64,000 bases of DNA from Rhizaria sp. SCN 62-66 (GCA_001724265.1 MEDY01000101.1:62001-126000); one strand, 5' to 3'. Positions 27,801 to 41,100 are shown, counted from the first letter of the stretch. Program-made: numbers and translations. The notes: generated by a model not told the origin, from the letters alone.

Positions 27801-30800
27801 TTCAGTGCACGTGTCGTACTCGCAGACAGCGGCCTGACCGTTCCACACGCCAGACAAGCATTCGCGCGTCAGAGTCGCGCCCGCAGCAGGGGATGCGTAT
27901 GCGACGCACGCAAAGGTCGCAGTGGCGCCGTCAACAGCAAAGCCCGTGCCCGCTGTGAGACCAGCGTAGATGGGGGCGATGACGCGACGCGCAGTGCTGA
28001 TGAGAGTATCCGTGTTGCAGACAATGCGGCATTCAGGAGCAGTGCCAACCCAGTTGCCTGTAGCGTCGCACGTTGCGGTCAGGGCACCACCAACAAGTGT
28101 GGTGCCCGTCGCGCACGTGAATCGGATGACAGAGTTCGTAATAGCACTGTTGTCAACAAGAGACGGTGTGATACGCACATTGCTCGTGACACCGACTGCA
28201 CCTGCAGCAAACGCGACAGCATCGCAGGCCACACCGCAAACTGGGTTGTTGCCAGACCACACGCCAAGAGAGCTGCATGTGCGGACGAGGTTACCCGCAA
28301 CAAGAGAATCGCTGTTGCAAGTGAACGTTGCAACAGCGCCCGCGGCAAAGAAGGACCCCGTCAAACCAGAAAGCGTGTACGAGGCTCCGACAGATGACTG
28401 CAGCAGAGACTCGTCACAAAGGCCGGAGCAGACCGGGGGTGTTCCAGCCCACGTTCCATCCGCCTGGCATGTCAGCATCGCGTCGCCGAAGACATGGGTG
28501 AAGCCGTTGGCGCAGTCGTAGTACGCTTTCGTGCCGGTCACGGCGACGGTGGCATCGGCGCTGTACGCGTTGACAAGAAAGTAAGACGCGTCAGACACGG
28601 CGGTGACGTCGCACTTGCGCACGCACGACGCGGCGCTGACGTCAGCAAGCCCAGTCCAGCCGGCGGAGGCAGTGCATGTCACCGAAGTGAGGGTGGGCGC
28701 CGCAGGGTTCGGAACCCATCCGTCCGCGCAACTCATCGCCACGAGCGATCCGAGCGCGTTGTGCGCGGCGTTGCCGGCGTCGTAGGCAACGCCCGGGTTG
28801 AAATCCATGGCGATCCCATCGTACTGAGTGAGTGCAGGGCAGAGTTTATAGCGGCAGTGCGTCGCAGGCGCTGAGTTAGTCCAGCTCTCTTCACCGTCGC
28901 ACTCAGTGGCGTGCGAGGACGAGGCAAGATCAACAGCAGTGCTACTGAATGCTGTCATCAGAGCGGGGTCAAAGCAAGTGCAGGTCACAGTCGTGCCAGA
29001 CGGCACCGCATTCGCGCTCTTCTCATCGAGCAAAGCCGGCGCAGTCGACGCGGTGCATGTGCCGAGGGTGAACGCAGATAAAGCAAATCCGATCTCGCAG
29101 CTCTTGCGACGACAGGAGCTCGCTGCCGGCGGGCGCAGAGTCACATCAGATGTGGTAACAGCACATGTGAGCGTAAGCGAGCCAGCGACGGAGCTGGTGC
29201 GCTGCACGTAGAGTGCAGGATCAACGCAGTCGTACTGAATCACAGAGGTATCCTTCACGACCATCTCACCACCAGCCGTGGTCTCAAGAGCAGGGCCAGA
29301 GACTACCGCAAAGTTAGCCAAGTTGGCAGCTGCATAGTTAAACGTCTTATCAACAAAACACACAGATGCACACACGTCGTTACCACGCGGCTGACTAAGC
29401 CAGTCCCAGTCAACACCGGCAGCCACCGATACGCACTCAGCGACCGGCTCCACAGCGCCTCCACGCAGTCCGCGCCAGACAGGACACGATTCGGACGCCG
29501 TGGTCGCGAGCGCGTATCCGCCGTCCCCGGTCACAACAGTGCTGTACGTCGCGGACGCCTCGGGCAGCGACAAGGTGATCGGCGGACAGTCGACGTTGAT
29601 ACACTGCGAGGACGCGGACCAGCCGGACGCCGTGCACTGGTTAGACGACACGGAGCCAGCTTCAAGTGTCTGCGAGGTCGCAGCGCACTGGAAATCGGTG
29701 GGAACACCGTTATCGGGTGCGTAGTAGTCCAGCGGCGTCACCGGCACAGCTAGTGCGCCGGCAGCCGCGGGGTCGCAACCGCATAGAACGGTGCTCGTGT
29801 TCGACCACGCAGCGAGACCTGTGGCGACATTCTCCGTGCACGTGATCGACGCGAGCGTGGGAATCATCCCAGCCGCAGTGCAAGTGAAAGTCACAGCATC
29901 GCCGATGCTCTCCTTCAGCGTCAGGTGTGCCGCGGCATCGGACGCCGTAACTGCGCTGTCGAGTGCGCCGCCGATCGGGGCGCACACACCGACGCAGGGC
30001 GCGACGTTCCAGGTGTGGCCCGCCGTGCACGTGAGCGAGGCGTCGCTGTTGGGTGCGCCGACCGCGCCGCCGCCGGGCAAGCACGGCAGCGGCATGGAGG
30101 CGCCGACGGGCACGACGCGCGAGTTGGGCAGAAGCTGCGGTGCGGCCTCAACTGCGGCGGTGATCACGGCCGCCGTGTGCGCCAGCGCAACGGGCCCGCT
30201 GGGGACGTAAGTGGGCAGGAAGCGCTCCAGATCGCACGCAGCGGCGGCGCCCGTGCACGAGTGCGACCACGTCCCCGCGAGACAGCGCGCAGTAGCGGTG
30301 GAGATCGACAGCCCGTCGGCGGCGATGCAGCGGAAGTCGGCGTCGATACCGTGGAGCACCAGCCCCGCGGTGAGCGCGCCGACAGGGTCGTACACGGAGC
30401 TGTACGCGTCCGTGAGTGCGCGCGGCGTCGTCGTCCACAGCGACGAGCAGGGTGCGGACGCCGACGCGGCGGGGAACGCCCAGTCGGCGTGCGCGAACTC
30501 GTTGGCGACGTCGCCGGGTGCCAGCGCGACCGTGAGAGTGCGCACGCCGCCGCGGAAGTGCGGGGTCGCCGCGGTCGAGAACGCGGGCGACGCGGTGTTG
30601 AGCGCGACCGTGGTGGCCGCCACGGCGTTCGTGATCAGCGCGGTGGCCGCGGCGTCGACGGTGACAGTGGCGCCAGAGAGCGTGAGCCCCGTGGTGTCGA
30701 CCGTGCCGTCGGGCAACGCGGGCGCGAACACAAACGCGCTGAGCGCGAGCGTGGTGAAGACGTACGGGTACGCGGTGGCGAGCGCGGCGCCGTTGGTGCG

Positions 30801-33800
30801 GTACGTGCTAAGAGCGGACTCTGCAATGAGGCCGCGGAAGCGGCGGGACAGAAAAGCGGGCAGCGCGGCGGCGCCCGTGGTCGTGACCGCGCCTGTGGCG
30901 ACGGGGGCGAAAGACAGCACGGCAGTGAAGCCGGTGGGCACGTGCGCGGCCGGCAGCGGAAGCGTGGGGCAAGAGAATGAAACGCTGCAACTGCGTTCTT
31001 CGCAGCCGAGCGGGGTGTTGGCGGGCATGCTGCCCGCGACCGTGAGCACGTGCGCCGCGCTGATACTCGCGGTGACCGAGCCGGCGGAGACTGTGACGGG
31101 CGTCGCGGCCGCGGTCGTGACCGCGAGCGTGCAGTCTGACACCGCTGCCGCAGCGAAGACGTCGGGCAGGGTGACTGTGAGCGAGACCGGCAGCACCGCG
31201 GCGGCGTTGGCGACGGTGAAGGCAACGGGCGCGAGCGTCGCAGTGAACGCGGTCGTGGTGCGCGCAGCCATCAGTAGCCCGTCAGCAGCGTACGGGTAGT
31301 CTGCTGTAATTTTGGCGGTGAGCGCGGCCGAGCGCGCGTCGCTGGCGGGACTCACGGTGACGAGGCGGTCCTGACCCAGGCCAGTGTAAGTGACCGTGAG
31401 CTCGGAGGACGCGGTCATGCGCATCGAGTAAGCGAGCTTGTGCGACGCCGGTGTTGTTGTCGAGCGCGCAAAGGGCCCGATCTGATACGCGACGTACATG
31501 CAGGCGAGAGCGGACGGAATTGTCGCAGTAATCGTGGCCGTTGTACCCGCCACAGTCGTGCCAGTGACGGCAGACAGCGACGTCACGGCAAACCCGGTCG
31601 CGGAGGTCAGACACCACATTTTCGCCGTCGTGTCCGCGGTCACGAGCGCGTGCCCGGCCCACGCCGCCAGGTCAACAACGACCGTGAGGGCGGTGCCTAT
31701 GTGCCCCTTCGGGTACAGTGAGTTGAGCTGCAGCGCAACGGCCTCGGTCCCAGCCGGCGCAGAGGCGGAGGTCGTGGGGACGACGTGCGGGAAGACGGCG
31801 AGCTCGTCCAGCGGCCAATAGGCGGAGTTGATGGGCCAAATGTACGTCTCCGTGCCTAGCAGGCCGGTGATCTTCAGCGGGACTCTAAGTGGGTCATTCA
31901 GAGGGTCCACGACCAGCGGCACCGAGACCTTGCACGCAAGAATGCACGTTTCCCACGACGAGCGACTGGCCGAGGTGAAGGTGTTGCCCAGAAGCGTGAG
32001 CAGGTTGATCAGGCTGCCGAGAAGGTCGGGCCCGCTGTAGAAGTAGCACTGCAGGTTGGTCATGTTCCAGATCGATGGCAGGTAAAACGTCAAGGTCTCG
32101 ATGCCGCCGTCGCGGAACAGCATCACAAGCCCGGTCTGGCCCGCGGTGGCGTCGGGTCGCACGACGAACATGCGCGAGTCGTCCGATTCGCCGTCGATGG
32201 TGCCGGTGCCGGAGATGTCCGCGGCATAAACGACGCCCGCTGAGTCGGTAGCGGTGAGCTCGGCGACGCGCGCCGTGCTGGAGGACTTAGTGCCCGTGCA
32301 GCGCAGCACAAAGGGGAAGTACGCTGCCTCGGTGCTGAAGCTGAGGCCGGTCCAGGTGCCCGTCCAGATGGAGCTGCTGTAAGACATGCTGCCGTAGACG
32401 TAGGAGTTGTCGGCGGTCGAGGAGAGGCGACAGGTCGGATTCAGCAGGATGTTATAGACGTACACATTGGTGAGCACGATTTTAACAGACTTAAGGGTGC
32501 TCTGAGGCAGCGACACGGTAGAGTCGAGCAGGAAACTAATGTCAAACGCGCTCGATGCCATCGCAAGCTTCGTGATGCGCTTGAATCCTGACGAAAAGCG
32601 GGCCATATTCATGGTGCCGGTCACGGCGGGCGGGTTCAGCGCCAGCGGCACGGTGGACATAAGCTGCCTGCTGGCCTTGGAGCACAGCGCGGTGCCGCAG
32701 TCGTAGAAGTTGACCGAGAACTGCGCGCGACCCGGCCGGCGGTGCTCCGCGAGCGGGTCGATGGGGCACGACAACGTCAGCGGCTGGCCCACCAGGGCGG
32801 CGGCGTCGGCCAGGATGAACAGGTCCGTCGCGGCGCCCGCGGCCGCGTCGGAGAGCACGACGACGCCGCCGCTCGTGGTGGCAAAGCAGCCCGAGTAGTC
32901 AACGGTGTCTGTGTCGAGGCCGAGCAGCAGCCCCGTCTCCGTAAAGAGCTGCAGCGCCAGCCGGCCCGAGACCTGGACCGATGCAAGCGTGATCGTGGCC
33001 ACCAAGTGGCCCGGGTCGCCGCCCGCCGCAGGCACGCGCGTGTTGCGCGTGATCATGCCGTAGGACGCCGACGCGAACACGGACGGCGCGGCGCGAGTCG
33101 CGGCGGCGCAGGCCGAGGTGAGACCAATCGTCGCCCACTGCGTCAACAGCACGTTGCCCGTGTCGCCAAGCGAGGGACGCTGCTCCAGTAGCGCGGCCGA
33201 GAAAGACAGCGGCGGCGCGCGCGCGGCGGCGGCGGCGGCGGGCGCGGCGGTGGGGCGCGGCACGGTGCAGAGCAGACGCAGCGACCGCGTCATCGGGTCC
33301 GAGGACGCGGAAGACACGCGCAGAGAATACGCAAGAGTCGCCGCATCAACGTGGTTGCGCGAGATGGTGTAGATGAGCTCGCCGTTGCCGCCGGTAGATG
33401 GGGTCAACGTCGTGGCCGTGACGTCAGAACCAGCAGTAGGGCCGTCGACGACGTAGCAGCGGCGGAGGTCGAGGGCCTCGCCGAAAAGCACCGCGCCGGC
33501 TGGGAAAGTCAGTTGCAGACGCAGCGGGTTCTGTGGCGGTGGGAAAATACCCGGGAAGGCGTTAATGGTCACTGCGACGAGTTCCTCCGCGGCGACGACC
33601 GGGGTGGGCAGACGGATGTCGGTGAGAGCGTGGAAGGATAGAGAGCACCCGTTAGAGCCGATGTCCATGGGCGAGACTGACGGGAGCGCCCAGTTGGCCC
33701 CATCAGCAAAGACTATAGGGGGAAAAAAAGGTATTGGGAGACATAAAATGCATGGGTGGTAATACAATGATGAGCTAAAAGAGGATGGGGCAATCCTGGT

Positions 33801-33892
33801 TTGTGGAGTGAGGCTGTGGCGAAGAGCCGCGAGGATTACGAACCTGAGAAGAGCATAGTAGTGAAGCCAACTGCTCTGCAGAGCAGCCGCAT
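18873..33892 (-). CDS. Polycystin-1/PKDREJ-like membrane protein: signal peptide, Sushi (CCP) array, REJ-like region, GAIN/GPS site, ~5 TM helices, long cytoplasmic tail (~4,960 aa)
   Basis: Exon 1 is 33892..33844 (alternative ATG at 33901), the intron is 33843..33713 (GTTCGT...CTATAG), and exon 2 is 33712..18873, ending TGA. The spliced N-terminus MRLLCRAVGFTTMLFSVFA|DG is signal-peptide-like. Many C..G......TC...G.W....P.C repeats follow. REJ-like segments include VVLDASAS, LTLPARTL..SRYVLRLT and SNDPD...FSWSC. The GPS motif is CQFYDPEKKAWSGVGC...CKCNHL|TLF (~21771-21885). A PKD1-type HNWLSIFFRP motif follows TM1. Confidence 0.85.
25660..30450 (-). repeat. Tandem array of diverged Sushi/CCP-like Cys/Trp domains within the polycystin-like CDS
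   Basis: Recurrent ~60-75 aa units such as YYDCANGFTHVFGDAMLTCQADGTWAGTPPVC, TFTCNSDSLVAGNLVRTCSSLGVWSGNNPVC and RFTCATGTTLVGGALTATCDATGNWVGTAPEC. Boundaries approximate. Confidence 0.8.
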
Positions 33893-34478
33893 AGGTATCA
33901 TAAGAGAGTAGGCTGCGCGGCAGCGGTGGTTTTGAGTTACGGTACAGGTAGGGAGAGGTGGGGATGGCGCTCGGGCCGAAGTGCGAAGCGAGAGACGTTG
34001 TAGCTGCGGGGGGCGCGTATAAAAGAAGGAGAAGTGTACATATTGAGGGGAATTTTAACAGTTTAAGAAAGCTATACGGTATTATCTGGGGGTTTGATGC
34101 ATGAGCAAATTGAAATCAGACAAAAATACGATAACAGTGGAGCAGAAAATCATACCGCAAATTGGACTTTCGGAAGATGTCGGCTGGCGTCGTCCCCACT
34201 GCTCTCCTTTCTGACCCAAAACCTGATCTCTCTCGCGTTTTCAACACTTTAACTGCACACAAACAAGCGCTTGGAATGCATACTTTTGATAAAATGACGT
34301 TTACTCGCACCAATAAACTTATTTGTATTCTTAAGATACGCACCCGTGAATATCTTGATGTAGCGACAGCACTGGGTCAACTCTTATAATAATGTTCACA
34401 TTTTCTTCCACGTGTTAAATACGCTAAATACAACTCCCAAGCCGTTGTTTTTTTGCTTTTGCTGCTTGTTTCGCGCGC

Positions 34479-37400
34479 TTACGCGGAATCCTTGGCCTTG
34501 CGCGCGGCCTCGTAGGCCTCAGCCTCGGCGGCGGCCTTCTTGAGGAAGTCCTCCATCATCTGCTCCTGCGTCTTGGGGCTCACCTTGGCCGCCGCGGCCT
34601 TGCGCTCGCGCTCCGCCTGCTCCTCCAGCGTCTCCGCGCTCTTCTCCGACGCGCCGGCGCTCGCACTGGCGGCAGAGGTGGACGCGGGGAAGACGGTGGC
34701 GTCGGTGGCGGCGCCCGCGGTGCCGTTGAGCGCGGCCTCGAGCAGCGCGTGCATGCGCGGCAGCATCGTGCGCGGGTTGTCCAGGATATCGGCCGCCAGC
34801 AGCGCGTTATCAAACACCTGCTCCACGACCGCGTTCGCCACCAGCGGGTTCGCGGCGCGCGCGGCAATGACCTTCTTGAAGATCGGGTGGTTGGGGTTGA
34901 TCTCGAGCTTGAGTTTCTGCGCAGCCTGGTTCTCGAGCAGCGACTGGTCGATCATCTTGATCATCTTGCGCATGGCGCTCGACTCATGGTCCACGATCAG
35001 CGCCGGCGACGACACGAGGCGCGTCGACACGACGACTGACGCCACCTTGGGGCCCAGAACCTTCTTGACGTAGGCGATCAGGTCCTGGTTCTCGGCCTCC
35101 TTGGCCGCGCGCTCGGCCGCCGTCTCAGCCGAGTCGACCGGCTGCGGCATCGACTCGCACGACACGAGCTTGCGCTTGCCGTACGTCTTGAGGTTCTTCA
35201 TCACAAACTCGTCCATGCTGAGGTACAGGAACAGCACTTCGGTGCCGTTGGCGCGGTGCGCCTCGTAGTAGGGCGACGCCTCGCCGGACTCGCGCGTGGG
35301 CACGCACAGGTAGTAGATCTCCGTCTGGGTCGGCGGCATGCGCGCGATGTAGTCGTCGAGCGACACGAACTCGCCCTTCTTGCCGAACGACGATTCGAAG
35401 CGCAGCAGGCGCGCCAGCTCGTTCTTGTGCGCGTAGTCGGAGCACACGCCCTCCTTGAGGAACGAGTTGAACTCGCGGTACCACGTGTTGTACTTGTCCA
35501 CGTCGCGCACGGACTCGTCCTGGAAACACAGCGAGTGAAAACAAAAGAGTATAATACAATGGTGAGCAATCAGGCGTGAACAAAAATGAAAATGTGAATG
35601 TGTGTCTAGAAAATAAATTTGTCAATGATTATCGTTGATTGTTTTGAGACGGCGTACCTGGAAGAACTTGATGACGCGCTTGGTGAGGACGGCGGAGATG
35701 CGCGAGATAAGGAGCGAGTCCTGCATGTTCTCGCGGGAAATGTTCAGCGGCACGTCCTCGGAGTCGACCACACCCTGCACAAAGCGGAAGTAGTCGGGCA
35801 GCAGGCCCTGCGCCTTGGACTTAATCAGCACCTTGCGGCAGTACAGAGAGGTACCTGCGATGAGAACAAAGAGAAAAACAAATGAATTGAATCAAGAAAG
35901 GGCAAGAATTATATTCGCAGAATGAGCTATAGTAAGAACTCGTAAAAATAGTATATGGTGGCACAAAGTGGTTATTGTTCCGAGAAATCGATGGACAAAC
36001 GTACCGGGGTCCATGCGGCCCATGCCGAACTTCTCCATGTGGCGCTCGGGGAAGTAGAAGAGCGCATTGATCTGGATCGGCGCGTCGGTCGAGAAGTGCA
36101 TGCGGTAGGTCGGCGTGTCGAAGGCGTTGGCGTGATAGCGGTAGAACTCGTCGTGCATCTCGTCGGTGATGTCGCCCTTGTTCATCATCCAGATCGCCTG
36201 CACGACGTTGAGCCGCACGCCGTTAATGAAGATCGGGAACGAGACGTAGTTGGAGTACTTCTTGAGCACCGTCTCGATCGTCTTGGCCTTGGTGTAAGTG
36301 CGCTGTTCGGGACGCAGGTGGATGATGATCTTGGTACCGCGCTCCACGCCGCGCGCCTCGGCGACCGTGTACTTGCCCGTGCCGTCAGACACCCAGTGAT
36401 AGCCAATCGCCTCGCTGAAGGAGGGGGAAAGCAAAGCATAGAACAAAGACAAAAAGAAATATCAATGAGGAATAGATCCCATTTGCGGTGTAAAACATAC
36501 CACATTTCGAGTTGGAAATAATAGTATGACGCGTATATCAAGTTAATTTTTCAAGTTAAAACAAAGTAGAAACATCGTAAGCAGTGGCGATCGCCTACAC
36601 GTACCTGCCGTCCTTGTTGAGCTTAGCGGACTTAGTGTAGACCTCGATCTTGTGTCCGACCATGAAGGCGGAGTAGAAGCCGACGCCGAACTGGCCGATG
36701 ATGCCGGTCGCGCTCTCGCCGCGCTCGCGGGCCTCCTGTGCGGTGTGAGGCGCAAAGCAACGAGTTGCAAGGACACGAATGATGAAAAAACAGTGAGATC
36801 TGACGATACACAATCCAATGTTTACTCTGAATGATGGATAAACAAGATAAGTACACAAATAGTAATATTTTTGCATGCCATGAATGTCTCCGTACCTGTG
36901 CAAACTGCTTGGAACCGGACTTGGCGATGGTGCCGAGGTTGGTGACGAGCTCCTCCTTGGTCATGCCGATGCCCGTGTCCTGGATCGTCAGCGTGCGCGC
37001 GTTGTCGTCGGGGAAAATGCGGATCTCCATCGGCAGGTCGGGGTTCGCGAACGTGCTGGCGGTCTGCGTCTGCACGTAGCGCGCCTTCTCGAGCGCGTCC
37101 GAGGCGTTTGAGATGAGCTCGCGCAGGAAGACCTCCTTGTCGGTGTAGAGCGAGTTGGTCACGATGTCGAGCATCTGCTTCGTCTCGGTCTGGAATGAGT
37201 GCTCCTGCGCGTCCGAAATGACCTCCTCGGTCACCGTGTTGGCGGCGATGTCCGCGCGCGCGACGGCGGGCGCCTCGTCGGGGATGTGCAGCGAGGGGTC
37301 GCCGGCGCGCGGGGCGAAGTCCGTCTCCTGTGAGAGGCCCTGCTGCTCCATCATGCGCGCCACGTCCTCCGAGGTCAGCCCGGCCTTCTCCATCTGCTCC

Positions 37401-37765
37401 GCAAAGCTCGCCATCTGCGCCGCCACGTCGCCCGTGGGGGCCTCAAAGCCGGCAGCAGAGGGGGACATGTTGGCGGGGCCGGCCGTCGCAGCCGCAGGAT
37501 TGTCGTTCATCGACTTGAGCATGCGCTCGAATTCAGCCATATCGAACTTGGTGTCCGCGGGGGGTGCGCCCAGCACGTCCGCCTCGGGGATGTGCTTGCC
37601 GCCAGAGCCGGAAGAGCTCGACGAGGAGAACAGAGCCGTGCTGGCGCTGGAGGCAGGGAGTGAGGCGGAGACTGGGGCAACGAGAACATTCGAGACGCCA
37701 GTCTGGGCCGCACGGGCCGACATCGCCGTCGCGCGAATAACACCACGAGAAAGAGAGCCAAACAT
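34479..37765 (-). CDS. TRAP1: Mitochondrial Hsp90 (TRAP1/Hsp75), 5 exons, ~882 aa
   Basis: Exons 37765-36896, 36735-36605, 36414-36005, 35854-35658 and 35519-34479 (TAA) are phase-consistent. Motifs: [91 protein letters not shown]. There is an Arg/Ser-rich presequence and no MEEVD or KDEL tail. Confidence 0.93.
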
Positions 37766-38144
37766 CTTGGAAATAGCTATTTCAAAGAAATTCAACAGAC
37801 GTTAACATCCAGGATGCTTCATCACCGAGCGCCTTCCAGAAAGTTCGCTCGCTCGCTCGGTCGCCAGCAATTTTTGCGAACCGCTGTTGTGGCAACCACC
37901 GCCACTTCTATTGCTCTCTTTGAACGGTCTCCATTTCTGAAGCAGGTGTGGAGATGTCTATACTCGTTCATTTCTATAGTTATTTTGGAAATAGGCATGA
38001 AATGTGTTTTATTATTTTGTATTTAACTGGTATCTCGCCAGACGGACACTACATGCTGTATCACCTCGCTCAATATTCTCCAACGGCTCTGTCTTGTATC
38101 GCACACGCCCATTGACTTGCCCCTCTCGTAGACACCGGCTCCCA
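37766..38144. promoter_or_regulatory. Short head-to-head interval between TRAP1 and KAP3 (putative bidirectional promoter/5'UTRs)
   Basis: The divergent start codons are only 379 bp apart. A possible 5'UTR intron for KAP3 exists (GTGTGG near 37945 ... CTCGTAG at 38131). No promoter motif was positively identified. Confidence 0.5.
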
Positions 38145-41100
38145 ATGTCGTCGCCGCCTGGCTGGGCGCCTCCCAAGACCAAGCTCAAGCTGGACTGCGA
38201 GGTGGAGCCTGTGCCGACCCTCATCGTCATCCGCACATCCTTTGAAGTCAACACAGAGGTCCTGGGTACGCTTAACCCCCAAACTCCCATGTTGCTGCTC
38301 GCATCGCTCTGCAACCTCTGCCTCTCAATAGCGGCTCTTGTTATTGCTGTTTTGTGCTTTTTGACATACATCACATTGTACATGTCCTCATTCTTGTGCT
38401 TTTTTGCTTCTACAGACCCCGAGGGCAACCCTACGGTGACACCCCAGGAGACCACCAAGCGCTTCAAGATGAAGGGCTTCCACCCCGGTACGTCTCCCAT
38501 TCACATACAACACAGCAAGCTAAATTCAGGCAAGCACAAGCTCGACAGTAGCGCCCAATATATGTTCCCTTGCTCACTTTGTATCCTGTCTGTATGATAT
38601 TCTTTGTGTCAATGCATTGCTTTGCAGGCTCGAGCTCCGAGAAGTTTGCTGCCGCCATCATCCCCAAGACGGACGGCCTCGTACGTCATATCCACTATTT
38701 TTGACTATTCATCACCCTATGTTATCAATATGTTGACGCGTCACCTGTATCTATGGCGTTCATCCCACTCCCCTTTTGTTCTGCACTGTTTTATCTCTCC
38801 CGACCAGATCCCGGCCAAGGGCGAGGCCGCTGTCATCCAGGTCCTCAACCGCCTGAAGACCAAGCTTGAGGCCGCGGGCGTCACGGCCCCGGCCCCCGCG
38901 GGCGGTGCCGCCTCCATGGCCTCGCCCACCGCGCTAGTCTCCCCGGTCGCGCCGACCCATCAGCAGCTGCAGCAGCAGCAACAGATGGAGGAGCAGCTTC
39001 AAGGCTACTACGGCTCCGGCGCCAGCTCCAGCAGCGGCGGCGGCGCCACGGCTCCGGCGCGACCCGGCGAGCTCAACGCCGCGCGCGCCCCCGCGGCCGC
39101 GGCACCGCGCACGGCCTACGACGAACAGGTCGAGGAGGAGCGCAAGCGCGCCGCCGCCGCCGCGCAGGCCGCCAAGGCGCAAGCGCAGGCCGAGGCGCGC
39201 GCCGCCGCCGCTGCCGCCGCCGCCGCCGCCACTACCGCACAGGCCTCCGCTGCCGCGTCTACGCGCTCCGCCGCCCATAGTGCGGGGGCGGGGGGCAAGA
39301 AGGGTAGCGACCTGGGCCCCGCGCCGCCGGAGAACAACTTCCAGAACTACGACTACTCTAAGTACGCCACGGGCTCCGCGGCGGCCGCGGCCGCGGCGGC
39401 GGGCTCGCGGCTGAAGCGCGCGCCCCGCGCGGCGGCGACGGAGAAGGCCAAGATCGCGAAACTGGATAGCTACCTGGAGGACCTGTACGAGGAAGACGTG
39501 GACAAGAAGATCCGTGCGACGGGGCTCATCCTGCAGCTCGTGCAGATGCCGGACCACCTGGAGAAGCTCGCGGGAAACCAACAGCTGACGTCTGCGCTTG
39601 CGCGCGTGCTGGTGGACGACCGCAAGAAGAGCATCGCGCTGACGACGAACATCCTCGAAGTGTTCTTCTGCTTTTCGTCCATCTCGCAGCTGCACGGCGT
39701 GCTGACCGCGAACAAGATCGGCAACACCGCGCTCAACGTGATCGACTTCGAGCTGATGCGCTACGACGCGCGCGTGCGCGAGGTGCGCAGCGAGAGCGAC
39801 TACCAGCGTCTGCAGGGCTACCTGTTCAAGCAGGAGAAACTGCTCTTTGTGTGCTTCTACATCCTGCTCAACATGTCCGAAGACATCATGATCGAGCTGC
39901 GCATCAAGCAGCGCAAGATCATCCCCATGCTCGTCACAGTGCTGGGCAACCACGACAACAAGGATACGAGCTGCCTCACGCACCTGCGTCTGCTCTGCGT
40001 CGCCTTCCTCAAGAAGCTCTCGCTCATTGAGGCTAACACCATCGAGCTCCAGCAGGTACGCTTTCATCCGCTTTATTGTAAGATGTTAATTTCACTTTAT
40101 GCTTGATACTGCCGAGTATCATCTTAATGTTATCTGTTGCTGCTTGTTCATTTGGTTGATTATTTTGCTCAAACTCTCTCCTTACAATGGCTCTGTTTGT
40201 TCCCATCTGTGTATAGTTCGAGATGATGCGCGTGACCCTGCGCTACGTGGCCCCGTCGCCGACCCCTTCGGATGACACGCTGTGCTCGGCACTGTTCCGG
40301 CTCACGCAGAATCTCGTGTTCAACCGCGAGTGCCGCGTCACGGCCGCAAACACGCTAGTCGGCCCCGCGGTCGCAGCGCTCCAGTACGTACAAAAGGATT
40401 ATTCTCCCTTATTACTACTCTCCCATTTTGTTGAGTGAAAAGTGAAATCGTTGCTAAACTCACTCTTTCTGAACTACATTCAATGATACCTTTGAAACTG
40501 ACTCACCTTGTTGTATTCGTGACGAACTTCTTCGCTGAAATTCGCACCATAGGCGTCCCAATTGCGCGACGGCAGCGGCGCGTCTGCTGTACATGCTGAC
40601 CACGGACCCGGCGCTGATGCCGGTCATCCAGCCGCACCTGGCCAACGCAGCGGCCCCGGCCATCGCGCTTGTGCTCCAGGCGCCCGGCTCCGTGACTAAT
40701 ATTGACGCCACGGCGCTGGCGATCAACATGTCGTGCATCCGCGAGCTGGTGCCGCTGCTGCTGCACGGCGGCGCGCTGCCCGCGCTCTTCTCGCGCCTCG
40801 AACACACCAACGACGTGTACGTGGCCAAGCTCATTCGCGCGCTCTCGGAGCACCGCGAGAGCCACGACGTGCTGGAAAAGTACGCCATGCGGATCGCCGA
40901 GATGGTGCTGCGCGGCGAGAACCCGGAGGTGCGGATGGAGGCGCTCGGCATCTTCGCTAACACGCCGCTCAAGAAGGTACGCACAGAATGAAACTCCTTC
41001 GAAAACAGCATAGATTACAGTTAATTATCTTGAACATTTGCTCATGGGGTGAATTTTATGTGGTATCTTTTGTTTTCGCCTTCTATTTTGCTGCTTCAGG

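Noticed and set aside
33713-33767. ORF-track start MYYHPCIL... for the 4,964-aa protein
   Set aside because: This stretch is the pyrimidine-rich 3' end of intron 1. Splicing to the upstream exon gives a proper signal peptide.
34479-34481. Idea that TAA is also recoded (UAR=Gln type code)
   Set aside because: TRAP1 and KAP3 end at TAA with an immediate drop to non-coding composition, and no intact gene has an internal TAA.
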